Shown: positions 1 to 8,937 of the stretch, piece by piece
How positions within the stretch are numbered: position 1 is the stretch's first letter
Layout: each line of letters begins with the position of its first letter
Source of the DNA: a virus
Lineage: Duplodnaviria; Caudoviricetes
IMG/VR virus record: IMGVR_UViG_3300009082_000959
Reading direction: 5' to 3' (one strand)
DNA: 64,000 nt
Notes under the pieces: model-generated
Databases searched by the model: none
What the model was told of the DNA's origin: nothing
The model's input: only the letters and a program-made list of their open reading frames with translations
Position numbers and translations under genes: made by a program

Positions 1-4
1 AATT

Positions 5-418
5 ATGCGGTTAAGTGATGGCAAGATTGGTGGGTGGATAGAGAAAGAAGAAAACCTATCACATGAGGGTCAGTGTTTTGTTTATGATAATGCCATGGTT
101 TACAATGACGCAACGGTTACTGAAGACGCCATTGTTTGTGGTAATGCACATGTTTATGGAACAGTTAGTGTTAGTGGTAGAACCCATGTTGCTGAAAAAG
201 CACATGTTCATGGAAATGCGAAAATTTCTGGTATAGGATATATTGGTGGTAATGCAGAAATACTTGAAGATGCAGAAATATCTGAAGATGCATCGGTTTA
301 CGATGACGCCATTGTTGGAGGGTCTGCAAAAATTAGTGGAACTGCTGACATACGCGGAAATGCAAAAGTGTTTATAGATTTTTCGAGTGGTACTGTTTCA
401 TCAGGAACACATGTATAA
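5..418 (+). CDS. Hexapeptide-repeat (left-handed beta-helix) protein, possibly 5'-truncated
   Basis: GGWIEKEENLS motif followed by repeats of the type VYDNAMVYNDA/VCGNAHVYG/IGGNAEI, typical of phage LbH-repeat proteins. Confidence 0.75.
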   Translation: MRLSDGKIGGWIEKEENLSHEGQCFVYDNAMVYNDATVTEDAIVCGNAHVYGTVSVSGRTHVAEKAHVHGNAKISGIGYIGGNAEILEDAEISEDASVYDDAIVGGSAKISGTADIRGNAKVFIDFSSGTVSSGTHV

Positions 419-737
419 TTCAATTTTTAATAAATTGGTTGTTTTGGCTAATGCGCTAGATTCCAAGGGTTTTTATTTAGAAGCCTCGGAACTAGACAAA
501 ATATTGAGTGATTTATGCAGCGATGAAATGTCTGATATAATAGAGAAATTGGAAGACACAGAAAACAGCAAAAAATCAGTAAGAGTGGATAAACCAGAGA
601 AAGAAAAACAGAAAAGTGATGTTGTTCCTAATTCAACCGGGCATGTTGGAAGTGGTTTAATAGATAATCCAAATTCCGGAATGGGCCAGGGTTTCAGCGA
701 GGCATATATGTACTCCACTTTTGGTGATTTAAGTTAA
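411..737 (+). CDS. Hypothetical protein, probable head-associated; carries helical motif LANALDSKG
   Basis: ATG at 411 overlaps the stop of the upstream gene; the motif is shared with other head-region proteins. Confidence 0.65.
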   Translation: MYNSIFNKLVVLANALDSKGFYLEASELDKILSDLCSDEMSDIIEKLEDTENSKKSVRVDKPEKEKQKSDVVPNSTGHVGSGLIDNPNSGMGQGFSEAYMYSTFGDLS

Positions 738-751
738 GCCAAAAAACCATA

Positions 752-765
752 AATCTATCAATATT
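752..765 (+). promoter_or_regulatory. Conserved intergenic motif AATCTATCAATATT (candidate phage promoter), copy 1
   Basis: Exact 14-mer also at 18289 and 30508, each in an intergenic gap upstream of a gene start. Confidence 0.6.
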
Positions 766-825
766 ATTGAAATATATTGTACGGACCGGCCTATCTGGGC
801 CTTATCTTATTTGTAGGAAATATAA

Positions 826-1419
826 ATGAAACAATTAAATGCCAATGTCGGTCCAAAAATGGTTCTCGAAATTACCGATACAGAACGTGAAACAGCAAAA
901 CAGGTAAAAGAAGAGTTTAAAGCGATCCTTAAAAAATTGACCTCCGCAATCCGCGTTGTCACTAGTTTAAGGGATGCAATAGTTGAAGAGCACCCATCAC
1001 GAGAGGATCTAAAAACCAAATACCACGGTCGTCTTTTAAGATATCGTAGAAAGATTTTAGATACCTTCAATGATTTACTGACCGATGTAAAAACCTCCCT
1101 AGAAAAATTATCACATATAAGCGATCCAGAAATGATTAGGTTGCGTGAAGTAATAATAGCAGAGGTTGGCGAATTATCTGATGGCGTTGAAGCTATTGTT
1201 GATTTACTTAAAGACTCTAATAGGGAAAGTTTTACCAAAACACTCGAACGAATTACCTCACAAATCGAAAAAAGACAGCGATCAATTATTGATGTAATAG
1301 ACAACCAATTGACAAATCACATAAACAATGATATATTTGGTAGAATGAAGATTAGTGATTTGCGTTTTAGAATTATGCGCAGAGCACGATTGGTTAGATT
1401 AGCAATAAGGGAAAATTAG
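826..1419 (+). CDS. Hypothetical alpha-helical protein
   Basis: 197-aa ORF, GGA-containing RBS upstream, co-directional with neighbours. Confidence 0.75.
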   Translation: MKQLNANVGPKMVLEITDTERETAKQVKEEFKAILKKLTSAIRVVTSLRDAIVEEHPSREDLKTKYHGRLLRYRRKILDTFNDLLTDVKTSLEKLSHISDPEMIRLREVIIAEVGELSDGVEAIVDLLKDSNRESFTKTLERITSQIEKRQRSIIDVIDNQLTNHINNDIFGRMKISDLRFRIMRRARLVRLAIREN

Positions 1420-1599
1420 ATGGCACTTGTAAAATATGGAACAGAAATGCCAGTCATTTCCTATTACGACCAGAATGGCGTGAAAGAAGTTTGCCCCGAT
1501 TGTGGAAAACTTCTCACGGTTGTTGTGCTGGACGACAATGATACCATCCTTGTGTGCGAGTACTGTATTAAAAAAGAAATCAAGCAGGAGTCCCGTTAA
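1420..1599 (+). CDS. Small zinc-ribbon protein (59 aa; not in the ORF track)
   Basis: MALVKYG...CPDCGK...CEYC...SR*; ATG directly follows the upstream TAG and its TAA overlaps the next ATG (TAATG). Confidence 0.7.
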   Translation: MALVKYGTEMPVISYYDQNGVKEVCPDCGKLLTVVVLDDNDTILVCEYCIKKEIKQESR

Positions 1600-2216
1600 T
1601 GAATCAAAAAGAAAATGAAATTCTTTCACTACTGGTCAAAATGGCAGACGAATTTGATCAAACCGGTGACCATGATTTGGCAGCCAATGTAGACAAAACA
1701 ATTACGTCTATGGCCAGCAGAAGGACACCACTAAAAGAACTAGACGACGAAACCAAGAAAAACCTTATAATTTTTATTCATGATGCAAACCAAAATACCT
1801 CTAAATCAGTCAAAGGCTTAAAAGAGTTATTTAGACGACTTAGATATTTTGATTTAGTTGATTCAATTAAAGACCTTGGTTTGGATAGAGTTGTCAAGGA
1901 TATGAGCAAAACGCAAGAGTGTCTCGATGGCGCAAAAAAGAAATTTTTTGAGTTAATACACGGAAAGAAACCATCAAGACAGGACTTGGAAAAATTATTT
2001 GATACGTTGTCTGATGCTGCCGAAAAATCAGGTGGCCCACTAGATTTCTTTGAATCACAGCTTAAAAAAGAAATTGTGGATAGTGAAAACGAAGACAGCG
2101 ATGACGAAGAGGAAAACGAGGACACGGAAGAAGATGAGAAAGAAACAGAGATAGACGAAGAATCACTCAAAGAATTTTGGTCCGATTTAGAAAACTACAA
2201 GGACAAAGAAGAATAA
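1599..2216 (+). CDS. Hypothetical protein with acidic C-terminus, probable head-associated
   Basis: N-terminal LVKMADEFDQTG helical motif; D/E-rich tail; RBS GGAG. Confidence 0.75.
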   Translation: MNQKENEILSLLVKMADEFDQTGDHDLAANVDKTITSMASRRTPLKELDDETKKNLIIFIHDANQNTSKSVKGLKELFRRLRYFDLVDSIKDLGLDRVVKDMSKTQECLDGAKKKFFELIHGKKPSRQDLEKLFDTLSDAAEKSGGPLDFFESQLKKEIVDSENEDSDDEEENEDTEEDEKETEIDEESLKEFWSDLENYKDKEE

Positions 2217-2219
2217 AGA

Positions 2220-3062
2220 ATGAGTTATAGTTTAGAAGAGATTAGTAATTGGGCAAAATATTATAGCGAATGTCATTCGTTTAATAAGGTTGCCAAAAAA
2301 TTCCGTGTTAATATAAAAACAGTTAATAAGCATTTGACAAAAAATAAAGAACTGTTATCTATATCTCTTTCGCACGAAGAATCGAAAAAACTAAAAGAGG
2401 CAGGAGTTAAAAGGTGCAATAAGTGCAATACTACACTTACACTAGATAAGTTTGAGTTCAATAAGTCAAACAATTCGCATAGATCCGAATGTATTGTTTG
2501 TCGCAGAAACGAAAATAAAAAATACAGGGACTCTCATAAAACAGAGTCAGCAGAGTATCAAAAAGAGTATAGGGAAATAAACGCAGACAAAATTAAAGAA
2601 CACGATTACCAACGGCACCAGAACAACAAGCAAGTATGGAATGCAAACGTAAAAGAATGGTATTATGCAAATTGGTCTGTTATAAGACAAACACGAAACG
2701 AAAGACATAAAGAAAGAATGCGTGACGACCCAAAATATAGAATTGCTAGAACTTTGCGCGGCAGACTTCATACAATGGCCAGAAAATCTAAACTTAATAA
2801 AAAAGAACAACACACACTTGATTATCTCGGTTGTTCTATTGAGTTTTTTGTTTCTTATATTGAAAATAAGTTTTATCAAAGAGTAGAAACAAAAGAAAGT
2901 ATGACTTGGGACAACTATGGATTTTATGGTTGGCACATAGACCACATAAAGCCATTGGATTCATTTAATCTATTTGATGAGGAAGAAATAAAACTAGCAT
3001 GTCATTATACTAATCTTCAACCTCTTTGGTCGGAGGATAATTGGAGTAAAGGAAACAGGTAG
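2220..3062 (+). CDS. HNH homing endonuclease
   Basis: CxxC zinc motifs, YLGCS, WHIDHIKP, CHYTNLQPLWSEDNWSKG. Confidence 0.88.
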   Translation: MSYSLEEISNWAKYYSECHSFNKVAKKFRVNIKTVNKHLTKNKELLSISLSHEESKKLKEAGVKRCNKCNTTLTLDKFEFNKSNNSHRSECIVCRRNENKKYRDSHKTESAEYQKEYREINADKIKEHDYQRHQNNKQVWNANVKEWYYANWSVIRQTRNERHKERMRDDPKYRIARTLRGRLHTMARKSKLNKKEQHTLDYLGCSIEFFVSYIENKFYQRVETKESMTWDNYGFYGWHIDHIKPLDSFNLFDEEEIKLACHYTNLQPLWSEDNWSKGNR

Positions 3063-3063
3063 A

Positions 3064-3732
3064 ATGGAAAAGAAGTGCAAGAGATGTAATGAAACAAAGA
3101 CCGAGGAATGTTTTTATCTCAATAAAAAAACATTAAAACGCGCAAATATATGTATTGCTTGTGACAAGAAGAGATTAAAGGAATATAGAATCAAAAACAA
3201 GGACAAGTTGTCTGCGCGGACGAAAGAGTGGCAAAAACAAAACCCAGAAAAAGCAAAAAAGAATAGGGACAATTGGGCAAGAAAACACAAAGAAAAAGTA
3301 AATGCAAAAAGCAAGCGGTGGAAGGATAAGAATAAAAAACATTCATTAGAATATAATAGTGCTGTATATGCCAGTAGAAAACATGATCCAATGTATATGC
3401 TTCCTAGAAATTTGAGGACTAGACTATATCAGGCAATTAAACATAATTTTAAGTCTGGCTCAGCAGTGGCGAGTCTTGGTTGTTCTATAAAGAGTTTTAA
3501 AAAATATATGGAATCTAAATTTTATGATAATAAAAAAACAAAAATGAAGATGTCTTGGGATAACTATGGCAAAAATGGCTGGCACATTGATCACATTATC
3601 CCTTTGGCAAGTTTTGATTTAAGTGACGCTAGTCAGCTTGCAATAGCATGTCACTATACTAATTTACAACCGTTGTGGGCAGAAGAAAATTTTAAAAAGG
3701 GCAATAGAGTTGAGGAGATCAAAAATGTTTAA
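3064..3732 (+). CDS. HNH homing endonuclease (tandem paralog of 2220-3062)
   Basis: CKRC/CIAC, LGCS, WHIDHIIP, CHYTNLQPLWAEENFKKG. Confidence 0.88.
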   Translation: MEKKCKRCNETKTEECFYLNKKTLKRANICIACDKKRLKEYRIKNKDKLSARTKEWQKQNPEKAKKNRDNWARKHKEKVNAKSKRWKDKNKKHSLEYNSAVYASRKHDPMYMLPRNLRTRLYQAIKHNFKSGSAVASLGCSIKSFKKYMESKFYDNKKTKMKMSWDNYGKNGWHIDHIIPLASFDLSDASQLAIACHYTNLQPLWAEENFKKGNRVEEIKNV

Positions 3733-6700
3733 AAAACTTGGAGAAAATTTTGATTTTTCTTCATCCAGTTTGCTTGAACCAAAACAAGCACTACAAGACA
3801 CGGAAATTGCTGCACGTTTTGTTAAAATGGCAAAAAAGTTACGTCGAATTGCGCCAAAGGCTAAAGATTTCGTGTACGGAGATGCCATTATTATGCACTC
3901 GGCCGAGGCTTCGTTGATCGACTTGAATACAGGAAAACCAATATTAAACAAAAATGGAGAGCCGGTTCAGGGATGTTTTGAGGACTTTATAAACAAAAAA
4001 GGCGTAAAATCTGTTAGATGGATTTCAAAAGATGGTATTAAGCCATATAAAAATAAAAACGGTGATATTTTCAGTGAAGCAGAGTTGTTAAAAGCATACA
4101 AAAAATGGATAGGTAAGCCTCTGTGTAAAGATCATATCTCTGATTCGGTTGATGGTATTCGAGGAATAATCATTGATACATATTATGATAGTAAATTCAA
4201 GAGGGTACGCGCTCTTTTTGCCTTAGACCGCAAAAACTACGGTGACTTGGCTCGTAAAGTTGAGTCTGGTTATGCTACAGCGGTTTCCATGGGCACTGCG
4301 GTTGGTAGAGCGGTTTGCACAGAATGCGGAAATGTTGCAGTTACCGAGAAAGAGTACTGCAATTGTATTCGTTCCCACGCAAACTATGGCGAAATAAACC
4401 TGGACCTAAGCCCACTAGAACTATCTCTCGTTGTTAATGGTGCTGATGGACTCGCTCATGTTAGAAATGTCATCGCTTCTATGAATAATTATGTAGAAAC
4501 TAAACAGGCACGAATTTGCGAGTTGGTTAATGATAGATGCGTTAATCCAACAGAACTACAGAGTATAGCCGATTCTCTCTCGGATATGCAAACCAAAATA
4601 AGTGGATTACTTGGTCTTACGAAAAAAGCAGATCTCGGAGAAGATGTCGCTGCTTTAAGGGAAATTTCAAAAATGGAAGAGTCCCTCAATGATCCAGAAA
4701 AATCAGAAGAGACCAAGGAAAAACTTAAAAAACGAATCCATGATCTTGAAATACAACTTGATCGCGCTGGTGAAGAACAAAAACAAGAAAAAACTTGGCC
4801 ACCAGTTAGACCAGGACCAGTTCCTTCATTGCCAAGTTCTATGGACGGTGATGCAAGCGATTTAGGCAAACCAAGCACAACTACTTTCAATGGATTTGCC
4901 GAACCAAACCTACGATATGCGAGTTTAGAAGGAGACAAACAGGGTGCTTTGTCAGTTGAATTAGGTCTCCTTCGATCCAAAATAGATAAAATGCAAGACA
5001 GTTTGAATGTATTGAATACAAAAGTCTCTAAGGAGGAGAATATTATGAATTCTGCTAGATTACGTGCGCGTGCTAAGGCACGAAGGGCTTATTGGCTTGG
5101 CGGTGGTGGTATCAATGAACCAACACCTGGACAACCAAAGTATGAGAAAGATCCTATGGCCGAGAAAGTGCGAGATAGTGAAGATAAGCAAATGGTGGGA
5201 GAACCACTTGAAACTGGATCCGAAGGCTTGCACCCTGGTGATGAAGAGAAATTGAGAGACGCTGGTCGCAATGGTCTAAACCTAAGTAAGGCCGAACTCA
5301 AAGAACGCGCTTTAAAGCGTCGTGGTTATTTCCAAGGTGGCGGCGGCATTAATGAACCAACACCTGGGCAGCCAAAGTATGAGAAAGATCCTATGGCCGA
5401 GAATGTTCGTGACAAGGAAGATAAGCAGTTGGAGACCTATGACATGGGCGGGACCGATGGAACCGTTCCTGGTGATATGGAAATAAAGAAAACACTATTG
5501 CGTGCCAAGTTGCGCGCAAAGTTTGTTAAGGTTGCTGATAGAACCGGTGGAATCAATAAGGCTGCTTCTCGTTGGGAAGTTTATGCTGGCGATAAGATGA
5601 TTCTTACTGCTACCGGCAAAGAAATCTTTGATGACCAGCTCGAAGGTAGTTGGGATTATCTAAGTTCAAGAGATTACGGCAAAGATGTTATCGCTGCAAT
5701 TAGGTCTGACGGTTTTGATCGTGTTGCCTACTTGCTTAAGGGCGCAGCCGATCCAATGCCTGCCGATCCGTTGGCAGGAGATCCTTTGGCTGGTCTTCCA
5801 GCCGCTGCTCCAGCTCCGGATGCGGCTCCACCAGCCGCAGAAGCACCTGCTGAGCCAAAGAAAGAAGAGGGCGGGGTTAAAGAGAAGGTAGATTCTGCTC
5901 TCGGCGAAATGGAGGAAGCAATTGAGTCAGTTAGATCCGCCGTTACAGAGGGTGGCGAAAAGTTGGTTGATATAGAGGTAAAGGTTGATGAGGATGCAAA
6001 GGGTGAAGGCAAAGATTCAACCCCAGTTGCTGCCCTTACTGCCGCTGAAAGAAGCGAGTTAATGGAATTGCATGCGTTGCTAAATGAATCAGCAGACGAA
6101 TTGGCCCTAATAAGTGAAGCACTAGAGTCAAATAAGTCAGACCGCAGGGTTGTTAATGCCGCTTACCAGGCTCTTTCTGATGCTCAAATTATCCTAGAGG
6201 CCAAGAAAAAGAAGGTGAAGGACGACGAAGAGGAAGACAAGGAAGATGGTAAGGGTTTCTTTGGCAAAAAGGACAAGAAGGACGAAGACAAGGACGACAA
6301 GAAAGATAAGAAGGACGAGGATAAAGACGACAAGAAGGAAGATAAGGACGAGAAGAAAGATAAGAAGGATGCGAAAAAGGACAAGAAGGACGAAGACAAG
6401 GAAGATGAGAAGGAATCAAAGGCACAGAAGTTGCTAAATGACGCTCTTCGCGTTCGTTCTGAAAACCGCGCCGCATTGCTGTCAAAGATGGCAGAGCCCG
6501 AATTAAAAGACATGGTTAAGGAAAAGGTTAATACAGAAATTAAGAAGGAGTTAGAGGGCGGATTGCCAGCCGATGATGCAATGCTAGATGACAGTGGGTG
6601 TCTTGGTTGCACAGATGACGTTGTAGAAAGCGATGAATCTGCAAAGCTGGCTCGACGGAAGGCTCGTGAAGAATTGGTTGCTAATGCCGCCAAGAGTCTT

Positions 6701-7399
6701 TTGGGCAAGTACGAGTTGGATCTTGGTCCAGCATCAAACGCCACCGAACCAACTTATTTCCAAGCTCATCCAAGTGGCAAGGGAACTGTTACCGAGCTTA
6801 CTCACACAAAAACACCTGAAGCTAAGGTTGAGACAATTTCAGAAGTTCATGATGTTATGCGTGATGTAGCAGAGTCAGGTCCTCGTAATGTTCGTGAAGC
6901 CGCTGCTCTATTACAGGAAGCAATTGTTAAGGGTGCTTTCTCGTCTGCCGATGTGGACGGCTTAGTTGCAGAGGGTAAGGTTGATGCTGCTGCTGCCGCT
7001 TATTGGAAGAAATACTTTGCTATGGCTCCCGATTCAAATAATTTTGGAGCGGAACTAAGCAAGGAATTTGCTACCAAGAAGAAGGCATCAGAGGATACCA
7101 ATTATAAGGTTAAGCTTCGCAGAGCTTATGACATTGGTCTCATGGCACAGGAAAAGGGAATGATAGGTGAAACCCGTGCATCACTTGATACCTATGTTGA
7201 TGAGGTTATGCAGTTTGATGACGCTGCATTTGAATCAACCAAGCGTATTGTTGCTGGTATGAGCGGCCGTAGTAAGAAGTCGTCTCTTCCAAGGGTTGGA
7301 GCTGATGCAGCTAATGAAGCTATGAATGTTACTGCCAGCTCAGATGTTGCTCCTGTTGTAAGTTTGACAGACCAACTCGGTAGCTTGGGTTGGAAGTAA
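3725..7399 (+). CDS. Prohead protease-scaffold fusion protein
   Basis: Start moved to ATG 3725 (GAGGAG RBS). The N-terminal domain has NKNGDIF..EL, KP...KDH (His, 4133) and AVSMG (Ser, 4286), as in HK97-type prohead proteases, then CxxC/CxC. The long coiled-coil/low-complexity C-terminal part is scaffold-like. Lies upstream of the MCP. Confidence 0.75.
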   Translation: MFKKLGENFDFSSSSLLEPKQALQDTEIAARFVKMAKKLRRIAPKAKDFVYGDAIIMHSAEASLIDLNTGKPILNKNGEPVQGCFEDFINKKGVKSVRWISKDGIKPYKNKNGDIFSEAELLKAYKKWIGKPLCKDHISDSVDGIRGIIIDTYYDSKFKRVRALFALDRKNYGDLARKVESGYATAVSMGTAVGRAVCTECGNVAVTEKEYCNCIRSHANYGEINLDLSPLELSLVVNGADGLAHVRNVIASMNNYVETKQARICELVNDRCVNPTELQSIADSLSDMQTKISGLLGLTKKADLGEDVAALREISKMEESLNDPEKSEETKEKLKKRIHDLEIQLDRAGEEQKQEKTWPPVRPGPVPSLPSSMDGDASDLGKPSTTTFNGFAEPNLRYASLEGDKQGALSVELGLLRSKIDKMQDSLNVLNTKVSKEENIMNSARLRARAKARRAYWLGGGGINEPTPGQPKYEKDPMAEKVRDSEDKQMVGEPLETGSEGLHPGDEEKLRDAGRNGLNLSKAELKERALKRRGYFQGGGGINEPTPGQPKYEKDPMAENVRDKEDKQLETYDMGGTDGTVPGDMEIKKTLLRAKLRAKFVKVADRTGGINKAASRWEVYAGDKMILTATGKEIFDDQLEGSWDYLSSRDYGKDVIAAIRSDGFDRVAYLLKGAADPMPADPLAGDPLAGLPAAAPAPDAAPPAAEAPAEPKKEEGGVKEKVDSALGEMEEAIESVRSAVTEGGEKLVDIEVKVDEDAKGEGKDSTPVAALTAAERSELMELHALLNESADELALISEALESNKSDRRVVNAAYQALSDAQIILEAKKKKVKDDEEEDKEDGKGFFGKKDKKDEDKDDKKDKKDEDKDDKKEDKDEKKDKKDAKKDKKDEDKEDEKESKAQKLLNDALRVRSENRAALLSKMAEPELKDMVKEKVNTEIKKELEGGLPADDAMLDDSGCLGCTDDVVESDESAKLARRKAREELVANAAKSLLGKYELDLGPASNATEPTYFQAHPSGKGTVTELTHTKTPEAKVETISEVHDVMRDVAESGPRNVREAAALLQEAIVKGAFSSADVDGLVAEGKVDAAAAAYWKKYFAMAPDSNNFGAELSKEFATKKKASEDTNYKVKLRRAYDIGLMAQEKGMIGETRASLDTYVDEVMQFDDAAFESTKRIVAGMSGRSKKSSLPRVGADAANEAMNVTASSDVAPVVSLTDQLGSLGWK
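5045..7399 (+). CDS. Nested in-frame scaffold protein (predicted internal translation start)
   Basis: AAGGAGGAGAATATTATG: strong SD a few nt before the in-frame ATG at 5045; codon style appears more GC-rich downstream. Confidence 0.6.
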   Translation: MNSARLRARAKARRAYWLGGGGINEPTPGQPKYEKDPMAEKVRDSEDKQMVGEPLETGSEGLHPGDEEKLRDAGRNGLNLSKAELKERALKRRGYFQGGGGINEPTPGQPKYEKDPMAENVRDKEDKQLETYDMGGTDGTVPGDMEIKKTLLRAKLRAKFVKVADRTGGINKAASRWEVYAGDKMILTATGKEIFDDQLEGSWDYLSSRDYGKDVIAAIRSDGFDRVAYLLKGAADPMPADPLAGDPLAGLPAAAPAPDAAPPAAEAPAEPKKEEGGVKEKVDSALGEMEEAIESVRSAVTEGGEKLVDIEVKVDEDAKGEGKDSTPVAALTAAERSELMELHALLNESADELALISEALESNKSDRRVVNAAYQALSDAQIILEAKKKKVKDDEEEDKEDGKGFFGKKDKKDEDKDDKKDKKDEDKDDKKEDKDEKKDKKDAKKDKKDEDKEDEKESKAQKLLNDALRVRSENRAALLSKMAEPELKDMVKEKVNTEIKKELEGGLPADDAMLDDSGCLGCTDDVVESDESAKLARRKAREELVANAAKSLLGKYELDLGPASNATEPTYFQAHPSGKGTVTELTHTKTPEAKVETISEVHDVMRDVAESGPRNVREAAALLQEAIVKGAFSSADVDGLVAEGKVDAAAAAYWKKYFAMAPDSNNFGAELSKEFATKKKASEDTNYKVKLRRAYDIGLMAQEKGMIGETRASLDTYVDEVMQFDDAAFESTKRIVAGMSGRSKKSSLPRVGADAANEAMNVTASSDVAPVVSLTDQLGSLGWK
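5075..5500 (+). repeat. Two-copy intragenic repeat (~80 aa) RxxYxxGGGGINEPTPGQPKYEKDPMAExVRD
   Basis: Near-identical DNA at ~5101-5170 and ~5338-5407. Confidence 0.9.
6200..6420 (+). repeat. Low-complexity K/D/E tract (KKDKKDEDKDDKK) in the scaffold
   Basis: Tandem aag/gac/gat codons. Confidence 0.9.
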
Positions 7400-7427
7400 A
7401 TAATATATAGCACATTGCAGAATTCAT

Positions 7428-7457
7428 AGGAGGAGCGGTAAAACGCTCCTCCTTTCT
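7428..7457 (+). terminator. Probable intrinsic terminator after the protease/scaffold gene
   Basis: AGGAGGAGCG-gtaaaa-CGCTCCTCCT perfect 10-bp stem followed by TTCT. Confidence 0.7.
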
Positions 7458-7474
7458 CCTAATAGAGAAATAAA

Positions 7475-7645
7475 ATGAACATTGATGGTTTAATTGCGTG
7501 CTTAGAGTTTAATTTAGAGTTGCAAAACCTTAGGAAGATTGGATTATCAGAGGAAGAGATAGAGGGTTTCTTTGATTTCAATTGGTGCTCCGATAAGGAC
7601 ATAATAAATTCTCTCTTGGAATTGGTAAAAGATGATGATAACTAG
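7475..7645 (+). CDS. Small hypothetical protein (56 aa; not in the ORF track)
   Basis: MNIDGLIACLEFNLELQNLRKIG...DDDN*; fills the gap and overlaps the next start. Confidence 0.5.
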   Translation: MNIDGLIACLEFNLELQNLRKIGLSEEEIEGFFDFNWCSDKDIINSLLELVKDDDN

Positions 7646-8927
7646 CGACGAGATACTAAACAAATTGGCTGGTATTCTGAGTGTTGCCATAGAACCGCCA
7701 CCAGAAGAAGAGGAATTTATAGAAGTAGAGCCGGAACAAATAATTGGTCCTGCTGACGAAGAATCCAATCAAAAAACAATCGACATCACAGAAGATGAAA
7801 AGAGCATAAAAGTTCCACTAGATGACCTTTCTTGGTCAGACCCAAGAGCTGGGTCACCTGATTGGGTTGCAAGTAATCATCCCTATGTTTATTTGCGTGG
7901 CACTGGAGCACAATATCTTGGCTATTTAAATCCAGCCAATTCAAAAACATCTGATCAATTAGTTAAGCAAGTCTTGAATAAAAACCCCGAACTGTATTAT
8001 GAGTGGGAAATAGATAAGGCCGAACCAAAGGCCGGCCAAGACGCAGCTAGTTGGAAAAAAACAGCATTGGATAATTTGATTAAATCAAATCCGCAATATG
8101 CTTTAATTTTGGGTGTTTTCCAGGATAGATTACAGGACACGCAACTTGATAAAGAAATGCTTGGGAATTTATTTAAGAATGCAATTGCAAGCGAAAGCAA
8201 GAACTATTCGAATATTTATGAGATGTTTCCAGGCGTATTGCACAACAGAATGCAGGAATTAGTTAAGACAATAAAATCATCGTATCCCGATTTATATGCT
8301 TCTCTTATTGCTGGGACAGAGTGGGAATATAGACTTGCCCCTGGAACGACTGCTCCAGAACAAAAAAACAAACTAAGCTCAAGAGAGCCAGCTAGAGGTT
8401 CATATGAGTGGATGGCCCAAAATTACCCACACACTTATTTGCGTGGACAAAATACAATGAAACATGGATTTATTCGCGAGAAACAGGATCCAAAAATCAT
8501 TCAACCGTTGATGGACACAATAGTTAAAGAAAATCCAGATAAATACTTTGCTTGGCATTTAAATCTGGTTGGTGGGCAGCCAAGAAAAAGGGATAGTAGC
8601 GCGATTAATTTCAAAGATTGGTTGCGTCCGGCGATATCTTCCATAGTTGATAAGAGCCCCTACGGCGCACTAGTGTATGATGTGACTAGGTTCAAGAATG
8701 AGTCTGCACCGTATCTGGAAAAATTATGGAATAATCTACAAAATATTGCAAATAATAGGTTTGAACAGGGTTTGGATCCATATCCTGGTCAAATAGCTGG
8801 CAGTATGAGGAAATTGGCCGGAAGAATGGCAGTAGTTCGACCTGATTTATATATTCAGCATGTAATTGGAACACGATTTGAGGACAAGGATTTCACAGAT
8901 CGCGCTAAACAAAACTTGAAACAATAG
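7632..8927 (+). CDS. Hypothetical protein with two internal repeats
   Basis: 431 aa; repeat GSxxWxAxNxPxxYLRG...V(K/L)xNP(E/D)xY(Y/F)xW occurs twice. Confidence 0.8.
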   Translation: MMITSDEILNKLAGILSVAIEPPPEEEEFIEVEPEQIIGPADEESNQKTIDITEDEKSIKVPLDDLSWSDPRAGSPDWVASNHPYVYLRGTGAQYLGYLNPANSKTSDQLVKQVLNKNPELYYEWEIDKAEPKAGQDAASWKKTALDNLIKSNPQYALILGVFQDRLQDTQLDKEMLGNLFKNAIASESKNYSNIYEMFPGVLHNRMQELVKTIKSSYPDLYASLIAGTEWEYRLAPGTTAPEQKNKLSSREPARGSYEWMAQNYPHTYLRGQNTMKHGFIREKQDPKIIQPLMDTIVKENPDKYFAWHLNLVGGQPRKRDSSAINFKDWLRPAISSIVDKSPYGALVYDVTRFKNESAPYLEKLWNNLQNIANNRFEQGLDPYPGQIAGSMRKLAGRMAVVRPDLYIQHVIGTRFEDKDFTDRAKQNLKQ

Positions 8928-8937
8928 GAGAATAAAA

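Noticed and set aside
2220-3732. Eukaryotic giant-virus origin suggested by the HNH subfamily
   Set aside because: Shine-Dalgarno sites, intrinsic terminators, an HK97-type capsid, tail fibres and a lipoprotein signal indicate a tailed prokaryotic virus
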